Under the pieces are notes generated by a model. That model searched no databases, was not told the DNA's origin, and was given only the letters and a program-made list of their open reading frames with translations. Below are positions 61,739 through 64,000 of a stretch of DNA of 64,000 nt, in pieces. The stretch's first letter is position 1. The number at the start of each line of letters is the position of its first letter. Position numbers and translations under genes: made by a program. Source of the stretch: Paraphysomonas bandaiensis (lineage: Eukaryota > Protista > Chrysophyceae); assembly GCA_965644295.1 (NCBI GenBank), contig CBFFRP010000077.1:124001-188000 (forward strand), written 5' to 3'.

Positions 61739-63519
61739 GCAATATATGCCTGATGTTTTAACTATACGATGCAAATAATTCAAAATCCACTCATACCGAT
61801 GATGATATACCACCAAGAACACAGTTACTGAAATGTTCTACATTGGATATTACAGATTTAACTCTCACATGATGATAGCATGAATAGCATCTGATTTGCA
61901 ATGGACGGTAATGTACACGACAAGTCAAGCTCTGCAAGTCCTCCAGCTAACGTAGCACCATTATAATATATAAAATGAAAATAAAGTCAGTCCCCTCAAG
62001 ATTTCGAAGTTGTACAGTGTTGGAAAAAATATTCTATATATATACTGTGTATATATATAAAAGTACGTAGAATTTATCCACTAAAGATTGGGGAAAATAA
62101 GAAAAAGTGAAAAATTGTTGTGAAAAATGGGTAGTTTTTTTGTTAAGATACCATTCTTACAGTTTCTTGTTGTCCACAGTGAACAGTAATAACATTATAC
62201 AGCAGTACATGGAAGAGGAGGAAGACTGTATTGAATATGCACTGTATCTGGGTATAGAGGGAGTGCTGATGTGTCTGGTTAAGGTGAATGGATGTGGGTA
62301 GTGTTCTATGAAGCGATTATCGGTACATACCAGTTTAACTAAAGGGATTGATTATGCACATGATATTAAGACAAAGTAGAACAAAAACAGAGCTGGATTA
62401 ACTCCGAGTGAATCAAATGCAATGACATGTTGGTGATGTTATTGCGCTGGAGTAAACTTCATGTATGTAGCTGATGATAATGTCAATGGACATGTCCGGC
62501 GCAGTGACAACTACACAACAGAACACATAATGCATTTTACTGAGGAGAGGTGTGTATGGTCTGCTGTGGGATGGTCTGTTATACAAAATACGTGAATTGT
62601 AGATTGTATGTATGATCGCATATTGAAGTATGCATGTCCCAGCACATGGAATGATGAAGACAGCGTTGGGGGAAACTGTACCTCTGAATATTGTATGCAG
62701 CGCTGGATCAAAATTAAAGATATCAAAAACATCTACATTTTAGGGTAGTACTGCTCCACGACAGTAAGTTTATATTAATTAAACTTATGAGAATTTCTAT
62801 TTCCTGATGTACACAATACAGGGGTTTTCACTCACATTTAACTAAGAGTGAGTCAACTCTGGTGCACTGACTGTAGAGGTAGATTTATCTCGAGTCATGC
62901 AAAAAACAGTGTCAATTGCAAATACGGATTGCAGAAGGACTTGCAAGAGTTCGAGGTGACGTTGGACAGACGAGGAGCTATGACATCAGTGCGTCGTAGA
63001 CAATTCATGGTGCTTCAAAAGAAGTCTATTCATCGTTCATTTGTGGCTTATTTTAGTACCTTTATTCATATTGGGGTGATTTCAGACTCCTACTTTCGAG
63101 GTTAAAAATAAGACTAGTATCGAACTGTTGGTGGAATGAGTATCTCTTGACCGCAGTGGAGATGAGTATTGGTAAATCGGTTCGCATTGATTGGAAATTG
63201 GCAGTTGAAGATGTCGGAAGAGAGTAGTCGACACAGCATTACTCTAACATATGGCATGTTATGATGTGGAGAGAGACCCATAAATCTTTCAAAGCGATGG
63301 TCGGAATGTTTTATGTAATATGTACTTCAGATTTTAGTTTGTAATATTTTGTATCTGTACGTTAGCGAGTCCAGGTAGTTTTCTTGCTAGAAGAGGGTGT
63401 TTAATATTTTCGAAGTAACAACGTAGTCTCTACATTCAGCATAGGTGAACAATTGTTCAGCGCAGGTTGTTTTCTTAGTTCGGCGTCTTGTGAGAGTACA
63501 GTGTATCCCACGTCTTAGA

Positions 63520-63775
63520 ACATGGGACTGTTGAGTTTTGCTGATTAAGAGCAATTAAAAGCTGTAGTTCAGAGATATTTGAATTGAAACTGTTAAAGGA
63601 AAAATTCAGACAGAATTGGTTAATTGTATTATGAGATATGAGAACAAACGCCATGTGCAATCATAATAGTGAAACTGAAATATGTTGACCGTACGTAGTC
63701 GTGAAATATCTAAGATTGATAGTTAAGACAACGTGAAGTTGGCAGTGAATGACAAGTGATATTGATCATAAGTTT
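63520..63775. repeat. Dispersed repeat copy A2 (paralogue at ~10740-11010)
   Basis: Collinear shared blocks with 10740-11010, in the same orientation. Confidence 0.75.
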
Positions 63776-64000
63776 ATTATATATTACTACATGCTTCTAA
63801 CATATAATCTCCGCATAGAGTGAATATTTTGTTCAGTGTTCAGCAATGTCATTTTCTAACAGGGACACTTATTCTAGTAAGGAAAAGAATTGTTCTAAGA
63901 TTGCATAAAGGTGGCAAAATGATATCTGCAATTTTGAATTATATAAGATGAGCACAGAATCATTCAAGTTTCATCAACATATAATGAAAGATGAAGCCGT

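Noticed and set aside
1-64000. CRISPR arrays, rRNA, alternative genetic code or selenoprotein recoding
   Set aside because: No repeat-spacer arrays or rRNA signatures were seen. The 17.7-kb stop-free exon and normal stop usage indicate the standard code.

Overview
This is eukaryotic nuclear DNA, about 40% GC by eye, with short (mostly ~45-90 nt) spliceosomal introns and the standard code. Gene content suggests a stramenopile-like protist (inference only). I can support 17 protein-coding genes: a GT4-type glycosyltransferase 3' part, a tandem TB2/DP1-HVA22 protein, an NTE1/PNPLA6-like patatin phospholipase, a small membrane protein, a sterol desaturase/ERG25-like enzyme, a tandem galactose-binding-like protein, an AGC-like kinase with a broken DFG motif, a calcineurin-B-like EF-hand protein, an MFS transporter, a small Tudor-like gene, RTRAF, a ~6036-aa HECT E3 ligase, FCF2, PP2C, a secreted sulfotransferase-like protein, UCHL3 and a DAO-family oxidoreductase. 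Other features are one tRNA-Ala(AGC), an (ATGT)43 microsatellite and transposon debris: RNase H-bearing non-LTR remnants (one with a 12-bp TSD), a pogo/Tigger-type element with perfect 24-bp TIRs, and a hAT remnant. The most unusual signal is organisational. Fifteen consecutive genes strictly alternate strand, forming seven head-to-head pairs with 354-742 bp spacers. These spacers share a recurrent (TA)CAGCAGTAC/CAGTAC motif and carry no recognisable TE; the TE debris lies almost entirely in tail-to-tail intervals. Exon boundaries were read by eye and may be off by a few bases.
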